Of a stretch of 64,000 bases of DNA, positions 26,960 through 37,436 are shown piece by piece (the first letter of the stretch is position 1; the number at the start of each line of letters is the position of its first letter). The DNA comes from Candidatus Bathyarchaeia archaeon. Its GTDB lineage: Archaea; Thermoproteota; Bathyarchaeia; Bathyarchaeales; Bathycorpusculaceae. The translations under genes and the position numbers were made by a program. The stretch is from contig JAVZIQ010000003.1 of NCBI GenBank assembly GCA_038871175.1, forward strand, positions 1 through 64,000, read 5' to 3'. The notes beneath the pieces are model-generated. The model worked only from the letters and a program-made list of their open reading frames with translations. It was not told the origin of the DNA and made no database searches.

Positions 26960-28201
26960 GTGAAGAACATGAAGATAGCAGTTTTTGTCGAGTACCTTCC
27001 CCCGAAAATGGGAAGTGACAGGAGAATCTTTGAACTTATGAAGAGGTTGTCGAAGCTTTATGAAATACATTTCATAGTGCTTCCTCCGATTCGGTTTTTG
27101 ATGGGGGCTGTGAAAGATTACGTGAGAAGGCCGCATAGGCATGGAGAGAACCCCAAGGTTTATGAGGGGATAGCTGGACATTACACTTTAATCCCGTCTT
27201 TTTTGGCCAATTTGTGGCAATCGTCAATTTTGCTGGCTTACTTTTTAACAGTGCCCTTGCTTCTTTTAAAAGCAATAAAGATTTTAGCAGGGTTAAAGCC
27301 TGAAGTTATAGTGGTTAACTATCCAAGCCCTTATACTGGACTTGTTGGATTTACAGCTGCAAAGCTTTTTAGAAAGCCTGTGATGGTGGATTTCAGCGAT
27401 CTTATAGCTCAGTACACTGCAAATATACTTAACTTAAAAAGGGGCTGTTTTAAAGCTAGAATGCTTATCCACATGCAAAGTCAAATTGTAAAAAATTCTG
27501 AATTTATAGTTGCACCTACAAACTTCATTAAAAATTATGCTTTGGCCCAAGGCGTTTCAGATAAAAAGGTTCGGCTTATTCCAAACGGGGTAGACGCTGA
27601 ACTCTTCAATTCTGAAAAGTATGATGGTGAAAGTGAGAAAAAAAAGTTGGGACTTTGCAGAGAAAGAACTTGCCTTTACTTTGGAAGGTTAGATGCATGG
27701 GCAGGCGTAAACATGATATCAAAACTTTGCAGGGCAGCCTCAGAGAGGAAAATGGATTTGAAATTCGTTTTAGTGGGAAGCGGAGAGCAACAAAAAATAA
27801 TTTGGAAAGGCAACGTTATCCATTTAGGAGAACATCCCTACGAAAAAATGCCTGAAATAATAGCCGCAGCCGACTGCATTCTCGTTCCATTCCCTCAAAA
27901 CGAAGTTTCCCATGGAGCAAGCCCCCTAAAGCTCTTTGAAGGAATGGCTATGGAAAAGCCGGTAATTGCAAGCAGGGTAAGCGGAATTGAAGAGGTTATC
28001 TCAGACGGAGAAAACGGTTATCTGGCAGATCCCCAAAACGTAGAGGACTGGATTTTAAAAATTGAAAAAGTATTTAAATCCAGGAATAAAGCCATAGATG
28101 TGGGAAAGAAAGCGAGGAAAACTGTGGAAAAAAATTTTAACTGGAGCTTCCTTGCAAAACAATTTGAAGAAGCCTTAACTAAACTAGTTTTAAAGAATTA
28201 A
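26960..28201 (+). CDS. Glycosyltransferase, GT4-like (GT-B fold)
   Basis: C-terminal nucleotide-sugar-binding pattern SPLKLFEGMAMEKPVIASRVSGIEEVISDGENGYL. Confidence 0.85.
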   Translation: MKNMKIAVFVEYLPPKMGSDRRIFELMKRLSKLYEIHFIVLPPIRFLMGAVKDYVRRPHRHGENPKVYEGIAGHYTLIPSFLANLWQSSILLAYFLTVPLLLLKAIKILAGLKPEVIVVNYPSPYTGLVGFTAAKLFRKPVMVDFSDLIAQYTANILNLKRGCFKARMLIHMQSQIVKNSEFIVAPTNFIKNYALAQGVSDKKVRLIPNGVDAELFNSEKYDGESEKKKLGLCRERTCLYFGRLDAWAGVNMISKLCRAASERKMDLKFVLVGSGEQQKIIWKGNVIHLGEHPYEKMPEIIAAADCILVPFPQNEVSHGASPLKLFEGMAMEKPVIASRVSGIEEVISDGENGYLADPQNVEDWILKIEKVFKSRNKAIDVGKKARKTVEKNFNWSFLAKQFEEALTKLVLKN

Positions 28202-28214
28202 TATATACGCTTAT

Positions 28215-29405
28215 GTGGTGAACATGCATATAACACAAGTGGCTCCACGTTTTCCTCCAGCCATAGGAGGGGTGGAAGAACATGTTTACAGGATATCCCT
28301 TGAACTCGCAAAAAGGGGACATAAAATTACAGTTATCACCTCAAATGAATTTGACAGTGAAAAACTCTTAGGGGATGAAGGGGAAGCAAATGGAATAAGA
28401 GTTCAAAGGTTTCCACTGTTTTTTCCAAAATTTTTCAGGGAATGCTGGCTTTCTCCCACCATGCTTAAAAGTTATAAAAATTTTAAAACAGACGTTGTCC
28501 ACGTCCATGGATACAGGTGTTTAAACTCATTCATTGCTTTATTGATGGCGCGTTTTAAAGGAACACCAAAAGTTTTCACGCCTCACGGAATCTACCCACC
28601 CCGATCCAGGGCGGACGCCTTATTTAAAAAAACTTTTGACATTTTTTTAGGCCGCCTAATGTTAAAAATTTCTGATAGAATAATAGCCCTAACAGAACAC
28701 AATAAAAGGCTGCTCTTACAAATGGGAGCCCATGAAGAAAAAATAAGCATATTGCCAAACGGTATAAGCCTTGAAGAATTTAAAGCCATCAGAAGGAAAA
28801 ACTATAAGACATTAAAGGATAAGTATGGCAGTCCACTCCTCCTATATGTAGGAAGAATCGACTGGAATAAACGATTAGAGAAAATAGTTGAGGCTATGCC
28901 TCTTATTCTAAAAAATTTTCCATCAGCAAAGTTAATGATAGTGGGGCCTGACTATGCAAACCATGCGGATCAACTAAAAAGGCTTGGAAGAAAGCTTGGA
29001 GTAGATCCGGCCCTAATCATAACAGGAGCTGTTCCTAGAGAAAAACTGCTATCCTTTTATTCAATAGCTGACGTATTCATTTTACCATCATTATACGAGG
29101 GGTTTGGAATAAGCTTGCTAGAGGCGATGATGAGCCAGGTGCCTGTTGTGGCATCACCTTTCGGAGGTCCAGGCGACATCCTAACCCACAGGGTCAATGC
29201 CTGGTTGTTAAATGGAGAGGATGAAACAGAAATATTTGAAGCTGTCAACTCAATCCTCTCAGACGGGAATTTAAGAGAAACAATAGTTCAAAACGCTCTT
29301 AAACTTGTTAAAAGCAGATATACATGGGAAAAAATAGTTGACGAACTAGAATTAATATATATACAAGTAGTTAGAAAGAAATCTAAAGGGAAGGCTTCCT
29401 TTTAA
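28215..29405 (+). CDS. Glycosyltransferase, GT4-like (GT-B fold)
   Basis: N-terminal GGVEEHV and C-terminal LPSLYEGFGISLLEAMMSQVPVVAS motif. Confidence 0.9.
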   Translation: MVNMHITQVAPRFPPAIGGVEEHVYRISLELAKRGHKITVITSNEFDSEKLLGDEGEANGIRVQRFPLFFPKFFRECWLSPTMLKSYKNFKTDVVHVHGYRCLNSFIALLMARFKGTPKVFTPHGIYPPRSRADALFKKTFDIFLGRLMLKISDRIIALTEHNKRLLLQMGAHEEKISILPNGISLEEFKAIRRKNYKTLKDKYGSPLLLYVGRIDWNKRLEKIVEAMPLILKNFPSAKLMIVGPDYANHADQLKRLGRKLGVDPALIITGAVPREKLLSFYSIADVFILPSLYEGFGISLLEAMMSQVPVVASPFGGPGDILTHRVNAWLLNGEDETEIFEAVNSILSDGNLRETIVQNALKLVKSRYTWEKIVDELELIYIQVVRKKSKGKASF

Positions 29406-29489
29406 AAGATAAAAGCCCCTTAACCTTATTCAAGGTATCTGAGGTATACCTTAACCGTGTTGTTGGTTAAGCTTGAATCCCCCTCTTTT

Positions 29490-30521
29490 TTAGCCTGTTT
29501 TTTGTTTTTGCTTGTAATAGTTTATTGGGTGTGATATTCTCCTGCAGAGCTGGTCTGGATCTACGCAGACTCCATGGGTTTTAAGGGTTTCACACCTTGG
29601 CGAAGTGTAACGAGTTCTGGATCCTCTCTCCCCTGCTATGTGCTCAACTTGGTAGCGTGTCAACCGCTCGTTGAAGTCTGAAGAGGTTTTAAAGAGGTCT
29701 ATTACGTTTTCCGTTGGCATTCCTATGTTTATTAGGAAGGCTGTTAATGTGAACCTTCCTATGTGGGATATGTGGCGTCCTGAGGCTGCTGCCTTGTAAA
29801 GGGCGTTTATGCATGGTGGGAAAGCCTCCCTAATCACGGTTTTTGGCATGCCTTCCATTTCTGTTTCGCTGATCTTTCCCACGGTTAGCCTTCTAAGTTT
29901 TTCAGCTGTTTCCAGCATTTTCTGGGGTAGTTGTAAGCCTTTCACTTCTAACCTTTTTTCTATATGTCTTCGAACTTCTTCGCTTAGAAGCCTGGCTGTT
30001 TCATTTTTTGTGAGGTAGACTTTTCCGTTTTTTAGGGTGCGGTTAACAAGCTTCCAGTTTTTATCTCTGAGGTTTGCTGTGTTTTTGAGGTAGTATGGGA
30101 AGTGGAGTTTAAAATCGTATGGCTTCTCCTCAGCTTCTACTGTTTCAATTTTCCATTGAAAGTTTTTTGCCAATGCTAGAATTTTCTCTTTAGCCTCAAA
30201 TCTCATTTCGTTGTAGGCTTGTTTTGCCTCTGCTAGTGCGTATCTTCTCTTTATAAAGGGGTTTTCTGTGGCTGCTGCTAGGATTATGGCTGTTGGAAAG
30301 GATAGGATTTCTATTTCTTCATTTTGAGTTTTTCTGGTTACTATGGCGTAGAGGATTGCCTCCTCCACCCTTTCATTTGCCCGTTCTAGAATTTTCGAGT
30401 ATTCAGGGTTTACGAGGTCTTCAATTTTTAAGTCTAGCATTTTCACATGTTCTGCTGCTTCTTTTAGGAATGGGTACTTTGCCAAGTCGTTTTTGGTGAA
30501 CTTCACCGTTAAAGTTTGCAT
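29490..30521 (-). CDS. priL: DNA primase large subunit PriL
   Basis: FPPCINALYKAAASGRHISHIGRFTLTAFLINIG... with Fe-S cysteines (PPC..., SPRCETLKTHGVCVDPDQLC). Confidence 0.9.
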   Translation of the reverse strand: MQTLTVKFTKNDLAKYPFLKEAAEHVKMLDLKIEDLVNPEYSKILERANERVEEAILYAIVTRKTQNEEIEILSFPTAIILAAATENPFIKRRYALAEAKQAYNEMRFEAKEKILALAKNFQWKIETVEAEEKPYDFKLHFPYYLKNTANLRDKNWKLVNRTLKNGKVYLTKNETARLLSEEVRRHIEKRLEVKGLQLPQKMLETAEKLRRLTVGKISETEMEGMPKTVIREAFPPCINALYKAAASGRHISHIGRFTLTAFLINIGMPTENVIDLFKTSSDFNERLTRYQVEHIAGERGSRTRYTSPRCETLKTHGVCVDPDQLCRRISHPINYYKQKQKTG

Positions 30522-30529
30522 TTTTCCAC

Positions 30530-31291
30530 TTATGCTGTTTCAATTCTTGGGGCTAGGTAGAAGACAAGCTTTCCTCCCTTTGCCTGCTGGAAATCCAGCT
30601 TTATAGGCATGTCTGTGGAGAACTCTAATGTTGCAATGTCTGATGTTGCAGATGAAGCCTTAACAATTTGTGAAAGGTAGCTTAGGCTGAAAGTAGCTTT
30701 TGAGGGTTCTCTAGCCTCCAGCTCCAGTAGGGCGTCGCTTCCCCTTTTAATCTCTATTGTTGCTCCCATAAGGTCGCCTGCAGCCTGAAAAACGAGTTTC
30801 TCTGCATCTGCCTCTAATCGAACATGATCGCTTACAAGTTCAGCGTCTTCTATGGCTTGGCGCAGCCCATCTGTTGTTGCCTTAACCGTAACGTTGAAAG
30901 TTATTTTCGGCGTGGGAACCTCCTCCTCAGACGCCTCAAGGGTTGGCATTGTAAAGTTACGCGTATACTTTCCAGTTATCTTAACCTGTAAACGTCCTGT
31001 TTTCTCGTCTAGGGCAAGCTCAACAACCTCGTCCTTTCCAGCCCTCTTCAAAAGCTTCAGAAGTTCACCTATGTTAATGCAGATTTTGGTAGGTTCAGAA
31101 CAGAAGTATTCGTCGAAAACATTTTTCGGCCATTCAAAGTCCACCATGGCTACACGTGACGGATCCATAGCCCTAAGCTTTAAGCTTTCAGGCGTTACCT
31201 GAAATGTAGCCTCATCAACGAGTATTGATATGGCTGTAGCCATATCCCTTAAAAGCCTAGCGTCTGAAACTTTAAGCTTAAACACTTTCAT
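30530..31291 (-). CDS. pcn: DNA polymerase sliding clamp (PCNA)
   Basis: 253 aa. Has the typical archaeal PCNA N-terminus (F.......A..L......I..LVDEA.F.V.PE.L.LRAMDPSRVAMVDF) and a two-domain length. Confidence 0.9.
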   Translation of the reverse strand: MKVFKLKVSDARLLRDMATAISILVDEATFQVTPESLKLRAMDPSRVAMVDFEWPKNVFDEYFCSEPTKICINIGELLKLLKRAGKDEVVELALDEKTGRLQVKITGKYTRNFTMPTLEASEEEVPTPKITFNVTVKATTDGLRQAIEDAELVSDHVRLEADAEKLVFQAAGDLMGATIEIKRGSDALLELEAREPSKATFSLSYLSQIVKASSATSDIATLEFSTDMPIKLDFQQAKGGKLVFYLAPRIETA

Positions 31292-31366
31292 CCCCTTTTA
31301 TTGGGTTATGCTTTAACGTTATAAAACTTTACATACTTAAGGGTGACGCATTAGGCCATAGAATGT

Positions 31367-31717
31367 TTAAGAATATTCTCTGAAGGTGTATGCACACTTT
31401 GTGCAGCGTAAGAACTGGGTTGACGACTCGTCTGCCCCCCTGGTTTGAACCTGCCAAACATATGCCAAATTGTTTCCGCATTTTGGACATTCAACGCGTA
31501 CTGTTGGAAGCGTCCTAAGCTTTTGTTCCTCCTTGCCAATCACCGCTACCAGACGTTGAGGGTTAGGTTGGATGACCCTTGCAACTTTCGGAGCAGCCTC
31601 TTCGCTTACCATTTCCTTTTTGTACCCGCACTTGGGACATGTAAGGGTCAATGTTTCCTTCTTTGTCTTCCCCTTTTTAGGCACGAGGCGTGTTCCACAC
31701 TTTGGACAAAATTCCAT
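31367..31717 (-). CDS. tfs: Transcription factor S / RNA polymerase subunit M
   Basis: N-terminal Zn ribbon CPKCG...CPKCG. C-terminal TFIIS-type ribbon CPKCGNNLAYVWQVQTRGADESSTQFLRCTKC with the acidic DE hairpin. Confidence 0.88.
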   Translation of the reverse strand: MEFCPKCGTRLVPKKGKTKKETLTLTCPKCGYKKEMVSEEAAPKVARVIQPNPQRLVAVIGKEEQKLRTLPTVRVECPKCGNNLAYVWQVQTRGADESSTQFLRCTKCAYTFREYS

Positions 31718-31785
31718 TATGATTAACTCCGGCTTCCGTTTGTTTTCCCATGTATTGGTGTCTTTTAAACTTTTCTTGCTGCAAA

Positions 31786-32385
31786 TTAAGATTTACTGTT
31801 AACAGCGCTAAGGCCTGAAGCAACTATGTGAGCCACGCGTAGGGCTTCAGGCAAATTGCTTCTAGTTGATGTTAAATTAAGAATTTTCCGCGCATCATCC
31901 TCTGAAATTCCAGCTATCTGCATAAAAACCCTCTCCTCTTTTCCTTTAACAGGCACTTCATATATTTCTCCAGCGTTTAGAACAGCCTCCCATCTTTTAT
32001 GGCTTCTTGGAAGCCTTCCTATAGCTTCTCGGATCTCATCAAGGTTTGGCTTTTCCCGAGTTACAGCTATTACAGGAAGCCCTGTTTTAGAGTTAAGCCT
32101 TTTTATATCCACCACATTGAAGCCTGCAAATGTTATTCCATTAAGCATTATAACCCTTAACTGCTTATAATGGGGAGAACCTACAATCATAGAGGAAATT
32201 TTCTCTGTGGCTTCAAAGCCGTCAACCCTTATTTTCGTATGCATAACCCCGTCAAGCCAGTATCCCCCGCGGAAAACAACTCCTACAACAGGAACCAACC
32301 TCCGCGTATGAGGCTTAAAAACTCCGTCGTCAACCCCTAAAACCCGAATTTCAGGTTTAATCACACGAAACTTCATGGAAACCAA
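31786..32385 (-). CDS. DUF99 (UPF0215, endonuclease V-like fold) protein
   Basis: IRVLGVDDGVF...VVGVVFRGGYWLDGV...RVIMLNGITFAGFNVVDI...TGLPVIAVTR. Confidence 0.7.
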   Translation of the reverse strand: MVSMKFRVIKPEIRVLGVDDGVFKPHTRRLVPVVGVVFRGGYWLDGVMHTKIRVDGFEATEKISSMIVGSPHYKQLRVIMLNGITFAGFNVVDIKRLNSKTGLPVIAVTREKPNLDEIREAIGRLPRSHKRWEAVLNAGEIYEVPVKGKEERVFMQIAGISEDDARKILNLTSTRSNLPEALRVAHIVASGLSAVNSKS

Positions 32386-32569
32386 AATTAACCCTCAACA
32401 TTACTGAAACATAAAGCCCTATTATAATTTACCGAAAAGCTTGAAGCCTAAATAAAATTTCAAGGCATATTTTTAACAGGCAGAAATGACAATTTTATAG
32501 CCACAGACTTAAAGCGGAAGGCGGTGATGGAAAACGAACCTACTCATCCACAACGGCACCATAATTACC

Positions 32570-33889
32570 ATGAGGGAAGGCGAAGTCATAAGAGAAGGGG
32601 CTGTAGTCGTTGAAAACGGGGTTATAGTAGACGTTGGGAAAAACAGCATACTGCTAGGAAAGTATTCAGAAGGCTACGAAAGGATAGATGTTAAAGGAAA
32701 AGTTGTAATTCCAGGGCTTGTCAACACCCATCAACATGCAGCCATGAGCCTTTTAAGAGGCTACGCTGATGATTTACCCCTACAAGAATGGCTTGAAAAA
32801 TGGATATGGCCAATTGAGAGGCTTATGACAGCCCATGATGTTTATGTGGGAGCGCTCCTAACAGCAGTTGAATCAATACTGGGGGGCACAACAACTGTTA
32901 ACACCATGTACCATTACATGCCTGAATATAACGAGGCTAAAGCCTTGGCTGAAGCTGGGCTTAGAGGCGTTGTTGGACACGTTTGTTTTTCATGGAGAAA
33001 AGAAGAGGATAGAAAAGCCTTAGAGGATTTAGCTAAAAACTGGCATAACAGGGCAGGCGGCTTAATCCGCGTAAGCGTGGATCCCCATTCGCCTTACACC
33101 GTTGACCCTGAATACATGAAGGAATTGAAAGCCTTACGCATGGAGCTTAATGAAAAGTATGGTGGCAAAAAGGCTCCAGTTACATGGCATATACACGCTG
33201 CCGAAACAAGCGATGAGCCTGAAAAAATTCGGAAAGCCTTCGGAATTAAATTAGAGGGAGGTATAATGGAGTATCTGGATTCTTTAGGCGTCCTAGACAA
33301 GCATGTGGTAGCCGCCCACTGTGTAGACTTAACGGAAAGGGATATAGCCGTCATAAGGGATAGGGAGGTTAAGGTCTCCCATAACCCTGTTTCAAATCTT
33401 AAGCTTGCCTCAGGAATAAGCCCTGTTCCGAAAATGGTTAAGCATGGAGTAGCGGTTTCCCTTGGCACAGACAGCCCATGCTCCAACAACTCCGCTGACA
33501 TGTTTGAAGTTATGAAGTTCGCGGCTTTGCTGCATAAAGGGGTGAACAGGGATCCAACATCCATGTCTGCTGAGAAGATTTTAGAGATGGCAACCTTGGA
33601 CGGGGCTAAGGCTCTTTCCTGGGATAGTGAAATAGGCTCAATAACTGTTGGGAAGAGGGCTGACTTGGCCATAGTTGACTTTGCAAAGCCTCATCTGCGG
33701 CCAATACATAATGAAGTGAGCCACATGGTTTACGCAGCCAGATCCTCAGACGTTAATACAGTTATTGTTGATGGGGAAATAATTATGGAGGATGGGAGGC
33801 TTACAAATTTAAAGGTTGAGAAAGTTATGGAAATGGCTGAAAAGGCTAAAAACCGCCTTTTAGAGAGGATTAGACGTAATGTTAAATAG
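32570..33889 (+). CDS. mtaD: Amidohydrolase, 5'-methylthioadenosine/S-adenosylhomocysteine deaminase-like
   Basis: VNTHQHAAMSLLRG (HxH), HAAET, AAHCV, LGTDSP motifs. The expected N-terminal strand NLLIHNGTIIT is encoded in frame upstream, but there is no start codon there. An ATG at 32527 lies in another frame (see finding). Confidence 0.85.
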   Translation: MREGEVIREGAVVVENGVIVDVGKNSILLGKYSEGYERIDVKGKVVIPGLVNTHQHAAMSLLRGYADDLPLQEWLEKWIWPIERLMTAHDVYVGALLTAVESILGGTTTVNTMYHYMPEYNEAKALAEAGLRGVVGHVCFSWRKEEDRKALEDLAKNWHNRAGGLIRVSVDPHSPYTVDPEYMKELKALRMELNEKYGGKKAPVTWHIHAAETSDEPEKIRKAFGIKLEGGIMEYLDSLGVLDKHVVAAHCVDLTERDIAVIRDREVKVSHNPVSNLKLASGISPVPKMVKHGVAVSLGTDSPCSNNSADMFEVMKFAALLHKGVNRDPTSMSAEKILEMATLDGAKALSWDSEIGSITVGKRADLAIVDFAKPHLRPIHNEVSHMVYAARSSDVNTVIVDGEIIMEDGRLTNLKVEKVMEMAEKAKNRLLERIRRNVK

Positions 33890-33924
33890 TTAAAAGCGTG
33901 ACGGCATATTTGAGGTGAACGCTA

Positions 33925-35181
33925 TTGGAGAAATTCAGGGTTAAGGACGAAAGTTTAGCTTCAATGGGAAATCTTCAGTTTGAATGGGCTTCTAAACACA
34001 TGCCTGTTCTAAGACAGATAAAGAATAGGTTTGGAGAGGAGAAGCCTTTAAAAGGCGTGATGGTTGGAGCCTGCTTACACGTGACTAAGGAAACAGCTGT
34101 ACTTGTAGACGTTTTCCTAGCTGGAGGGGCTGAGGTTGCTTTATGCGGTTCAAACCCCCTATCCACCCAGGATGATGTGGCTGCGGCTTTGGCTGAGAGG
34201 GGGGTTCATGTTTATGCTTGGAGGGGACAGACAAAAGAGGAATATTACTGGTGTATTGAAAGGGTTTTAGACTATAAACCTCAAATAACACTTGACGATG
34301 GAGCAGACTTGGTCAGCACAATTCACAGTCAAAGAAGAGAGGTTTTGCCAAATGTTAAGGGAGGAACAGAGGAAACAACAACGGGTGTTTTGAGAATTAA
34401 AACCATGGAAAGGGCTGGCATGCTTAAATACCCCATTATAGCTGTTAATGATGCAACCACGAAATACCTTTTTGATAACCGTTATGGAACAGGGCAAAGC
34501 ACAATTGACGGAATTCTTAGAGCTGCAAACATACTGCTGGCTGGGAAAAACTTTGTTGTTTGCGGTTACGGATGGTGTGGAAGAGGCGTAGCCATGAGGG
34601 CCAGGGGGATGGGGGCAAACGTCATAATCACCGAGGTAAACCCCTTAAGGGCGCTTGAGGCTTCTATGGAAGGATTTCAAGTGATGCCCATGGAAGAAGC
34701 AGCCTGTATAGGCGACATTTTCCTCACCGCAACAGGAGACATAAATGTGATAAGGGGGGAGCACATGCAGAAAATGAAGGATGGAGCTATATTGGCGAAC
34801 AGCGGCCACTTCAACGTTGAAATATGCCTAAAAGACCTTGAAAGGCTTGCAGCCTCCAAAAGAATGGTTAGGTTAAACCTTGAAGAGTTCACGTTAAAAG
34901 ATGGTAGAAGATTGTATCTTCTTGCTGAGGGAAGGCTTGTAAACCTTGCAGCTGCAGAGGGCCATCCCCCTGAGGTTATGGACATGTCATTTTCAAACCA
35001 GGCCTTAAGCGTGGAACATCTCGTTAAAAGGGAAAAATTGCCTGCGAAAGTCTACCCTGTGCCAAAGGAGATAGATGAAAAAGTGGCGGAAATGAAGCTT
35101 AAAGCCATGGGAATAAAAATAGACACTTTAACAGAGGAGCAGAAAAAATACTTGGCCACATGGGAGATGGGGACAACATAG
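33925..35181 (+). CDS. ahcY: Adenosylhomocysteinase
   Basis: [42 protein letters not shown] (NAD site). 418 aa. Confidence 0.95.
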   Translation: MEKFRVKDESLASMGNLQFEWASKHMPVLRQIKNRFGEEKPLKGVMVGACLHVTKETAVLVDVFLAGGAEVALCGSNPLSTQDDVAAALAERGVHVYAWRGQTKEEYYWCIERVLDYKPQITLDDGADLVSTIHSQRREVLPNVKGGTEETTTGVLRIKTMERAGMLKYPIIAVNDATTKYLFDNRYGTGQSTIDGILRAANILLAGKNFVVCGYGWCGRGVAMRARGMGANVIITEVNPLRALEASMEGFQVMPMEEAACIGDIFLTATGDINVIRGEHMQKMKDGAILANSGHFNVEICLKDLERLAASKRMVRLNLEEFTLKDGRRLYLLAEGRLVNLAAAEGHPPEVMDMSFSNQALSVEHLVKREKLPAKVYPVPKEIDEKVAEMKLKAMGIKIDTLTEEQKKYLATWEMGTT

Positions 35182-35267
35182 GTTCAACACGGCATTAAGC
35201 CCTAACCCATGATAAACTTTAAAAGCTTGTAGAGGATATAACATTGGCTTTGTATGGTGATTGGTGA

Positions 35268-35567
35268 ATGGTTAGTAAGGATCAGGCAATTGGAGGGCTA
35301 ATATTCATAATATGCGTGGTTGTGGGAATACTCTACACGGTTGGGCTTTTCCTCTTCGGAGGCCCCTCAGGCTGGGGTGTTGCCTTCTGGCTTGTAGCGG
35401 TTCCAGTGTTCCTAGCCTTCATAGCAGTGATGGTTATAGGTGCATGGATAGGCTGGACTATGGCTACAACTCCACCTCCAAAGCCCATAGAAGAAATAAC
35501 AAGCGAAATAGAAGAAGAGAAGAAGGAAGAAACCTCCAAAGAAACGGCTGAGGAGAAAAAGGAATAA
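35268..35567 (+). CDS. Small membrane protein with acidic/lysine-rich tail
   Basis: Three hydrophobic helices followed by EEITSEIEEEKKEETSKETAEEKKE. No family recognised. Confidence 0.5.
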   Translation: MVSKDQAIGGLIFIICVVVGILYTVGLFLFGGPSGWGVAFWLVAVPVFLAFIAVMVIGAWIGWTMATTPPPKPIEEITSEIEEEKKEETSKETAEEKKE

Positions 35568-35674
35568 GCAGGGAAGGTTTAAAAGGATCCTCCGCTTAAT
35601 CCTCTTAGGATTTAGGATAGGCTGATGCCGAGAAAGTAGTTCTAGCTGTAATTCTAAAATGTTTAAGGCATGGT

Positions 35675-36256
35675 TTAGGGAGATGCTAGTTTTTTAAGGT
35701 CTTCCTCACCTTCCGAGTAGCCTGAGGCTATTAAAATGTCTCCCACCCGTATTTTTGTTTCAGGCTTAGGTCTGATGCAAACGTCTCCCCTTTTAATTGC
35801 TAGAATCCACATGCCTGTTTCCTCTGGCACGCGTGCATCACGCAGAGTCTTGTTTACAAGTGGGGATTTCTCAGTTACAGGGGTGTACGTGATTGTTTCT
35901 TCTGCCTCTTTTATGGCGAGCTTTAAAACCTGATGAGGCTCTATTCCTCTAAGGACGACTTCTGCTATTTCAGCTGCAGCGTCAGCTATTTTCTCAGTTA
36001 CAACTCCAAGCCTTATAAGTCCAAGGAATCCCTTAGCCTCTTCCTTTTTAAATCCGCTTGAAAGAACAAGGAGTTCAAACTCTGTGTGGAGTTTATCAAC
36101 ATGTTCTTCAAGTCTCTGAACCTCTTCAGCCAGATCCCTGTTGTTTATAAGAAGCGATGAATAGGCTAAGTCCATCATAAGCTCACATGTATCTTTAAGC
36201 TCCACAAACTTTTCAACTATATCCTCAAACTTGCGCATACCCTTCTTAGGGGACAT
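35675..36256 (-). CDS. PhoU-like plus TrkA-C (RCK C-terminal) domain protein
   Basis: Helical PhoU-like N-terminal half (LMMDLAYSSLLINNRDLAEEVQRLEEHVDKLH) and a TrkA-C-like C-terminal half (LRDARVPEETGMWILAIKRGD...GDILIASG). I prefer the start at ATG 36256, 1 nt after the upstream stop. Confidence 0.65.
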   Translation of the reverse strand: MSPKKGMRKFEDIVEKFVELKDTCELMMDLAYSSLLINNRDLAEEVQRLEEHVDKLHTEFELLVLSSGFKKEEAKGFLGLIRLGVVTEKIADAAAEIAEVVLRGIEPHQVLKLAIKEAEETITYTPVTEKSPLVNKTLRDARVPEETGMWILAIKRGDVCIRPKPETKIRVGDILIASGYSEGEEDLKKLASP

Positions 36257-36257
36257 T

Positions 36258-36866
36258 TTAATCCTCCAGTTTAGCCCTCCTTCCCTCGCTGAGCTCCCTA
36301 AGCTCATTCAAGCCTTTAGAAGGGCCTCGGGCAATTAAAACATCTCCAGCTCTAATCTGCTCATTTTCCTTTGGGTTAATCAGCCATTCTCCATTTCGAA
36401 GTATGGCGATTATGTCAACCCCTATTCTTGGAGCCAATTTAAGCTCTCCAATGTTTTTCCCCACGAGAAAAGAGTTTTCCCCAACCTTAGCCTTGGTTAA
36501 GCGTTCTTCTACCCTCTCGAAAATTTCACCCACTATGGGATGTACTCCAATATTCTGTGTAACTATTGCAGCAATATCCGCAGCAGCATCTGAAATTTTA
36601 TCCGCCGCGGAAGCCACTGCAGAAACACCTACCAGAGCCTCAGCGTCTTCAGCGTCCCGCGCCGCCACCATGACGGTCATGTCAAGGAGATAAGCAAGCA
36701 TGTCAACACGCTTTTCAAGTTCCAGAACATCTTCAGCTAACTCTTTATCATTGAACAAAGCAGCTGAATAAGCCAAGTCAATCATAAGCTCTGAAAGGTT
36801 TTTCATTTCCAGCAGGAGCTCCCTCACAGATACAGGCTTATACTCAACCTTCTCAAACAGAGGCAT
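36258..36866 (-). CDS. PhoU-like plus TrkA-C domain protein (tandem paralog)
   Basis: Same architecture as 35675-36256: LMIDLAYSAALFNDKELAEDVLELEKRVDML ... GELKLAPRIGVDIIAILRNGEW...GDVLIARG. Confidence 0.65.
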   Translation of the reverse strand: MPLFEKVEYKPVSVRELLLEMKNLSELMIDLAYSAALFNDKELAEDVLELEKRVDMLAYLLDMTVMVAARDAEDAEALVGVSAVASAADKISDAAADIAAIVTQNIGVHPIVGEIFERVEERLTKAKVGENSFLVGKNIGELKLAPRIGVDIIAILRNGEWLINPKENEQIRAGDVLIARGPSKGLNELRELSEGRRAKLED

Positions 36867-37228
36867 AGTAGTACTGGCGCTCCAACAAAATATTAAACAA
36901 CAAATATTTTAACCCTATCTCCAAAAATCCCACAACACCTTCAAACAACGTCGCCTGATTGAAGCGGCTCGTATCCTAAAGGAAAATAGACTTAAACGAG
37001 CTTATGACTAAAGGGCCAAGAGTATCAGTGAGGGCTTAACTAAAGTAGACAAGGGAGAAGCCAGCCACTTTTAGTCAAAATTATGCAAGCAAGAAGCTTG
37101 GCCCTAAGAAGAAACCCGCACACCTATTGCCTAAGCGAAAACCTCAATTTAAATTATGGAACCATAAAAACACCCGAAAAAGAAAACGGTCTAAAATAGG
37201 TGCGCAACATTCAAACCCAAAACATAGG

Positions 37229-37313
37229 CGCCGGGAGTGGGATTTGAACCCACGCGGCCCAAACGGGCCACAGGCTCTCAAGGCCTGCGCATTATCCACT
37301 CTGCCATCCCGGC
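37229..37313 (-). tRNA. tRNA-Ser (UGA)
   Basis: Acceptor GCCGGGA/TCCCGGC, anticodon stem CAGGC/GCCTG with loop CTTGAGA, long variable arm TGGCCCGTTTGGGCCGC, T arm GTGGG-TTCAAAT-CCCAC. Confidence 0.88.
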
Positions 37314-37436
37314 TTAACGCTATTTTAAACTTTCTAACTTAAATCTTTAGTCTTGAAAAATTGGAAGATGGAAATTGTATAAAGGTTTTCGTGTTAAAGG
37401 CCTTGAATATTCTGCTAATTCATTTGCTGTTTTAGC

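Noticed and set aside
35675-36866. The tandem PhoU/TrkA-C paralogs as a possible novel system.
   Set aside because: This architecture and its tandem duplication are, to my knowledge, common in archaea. Nothing unusual is visible in the sequence.
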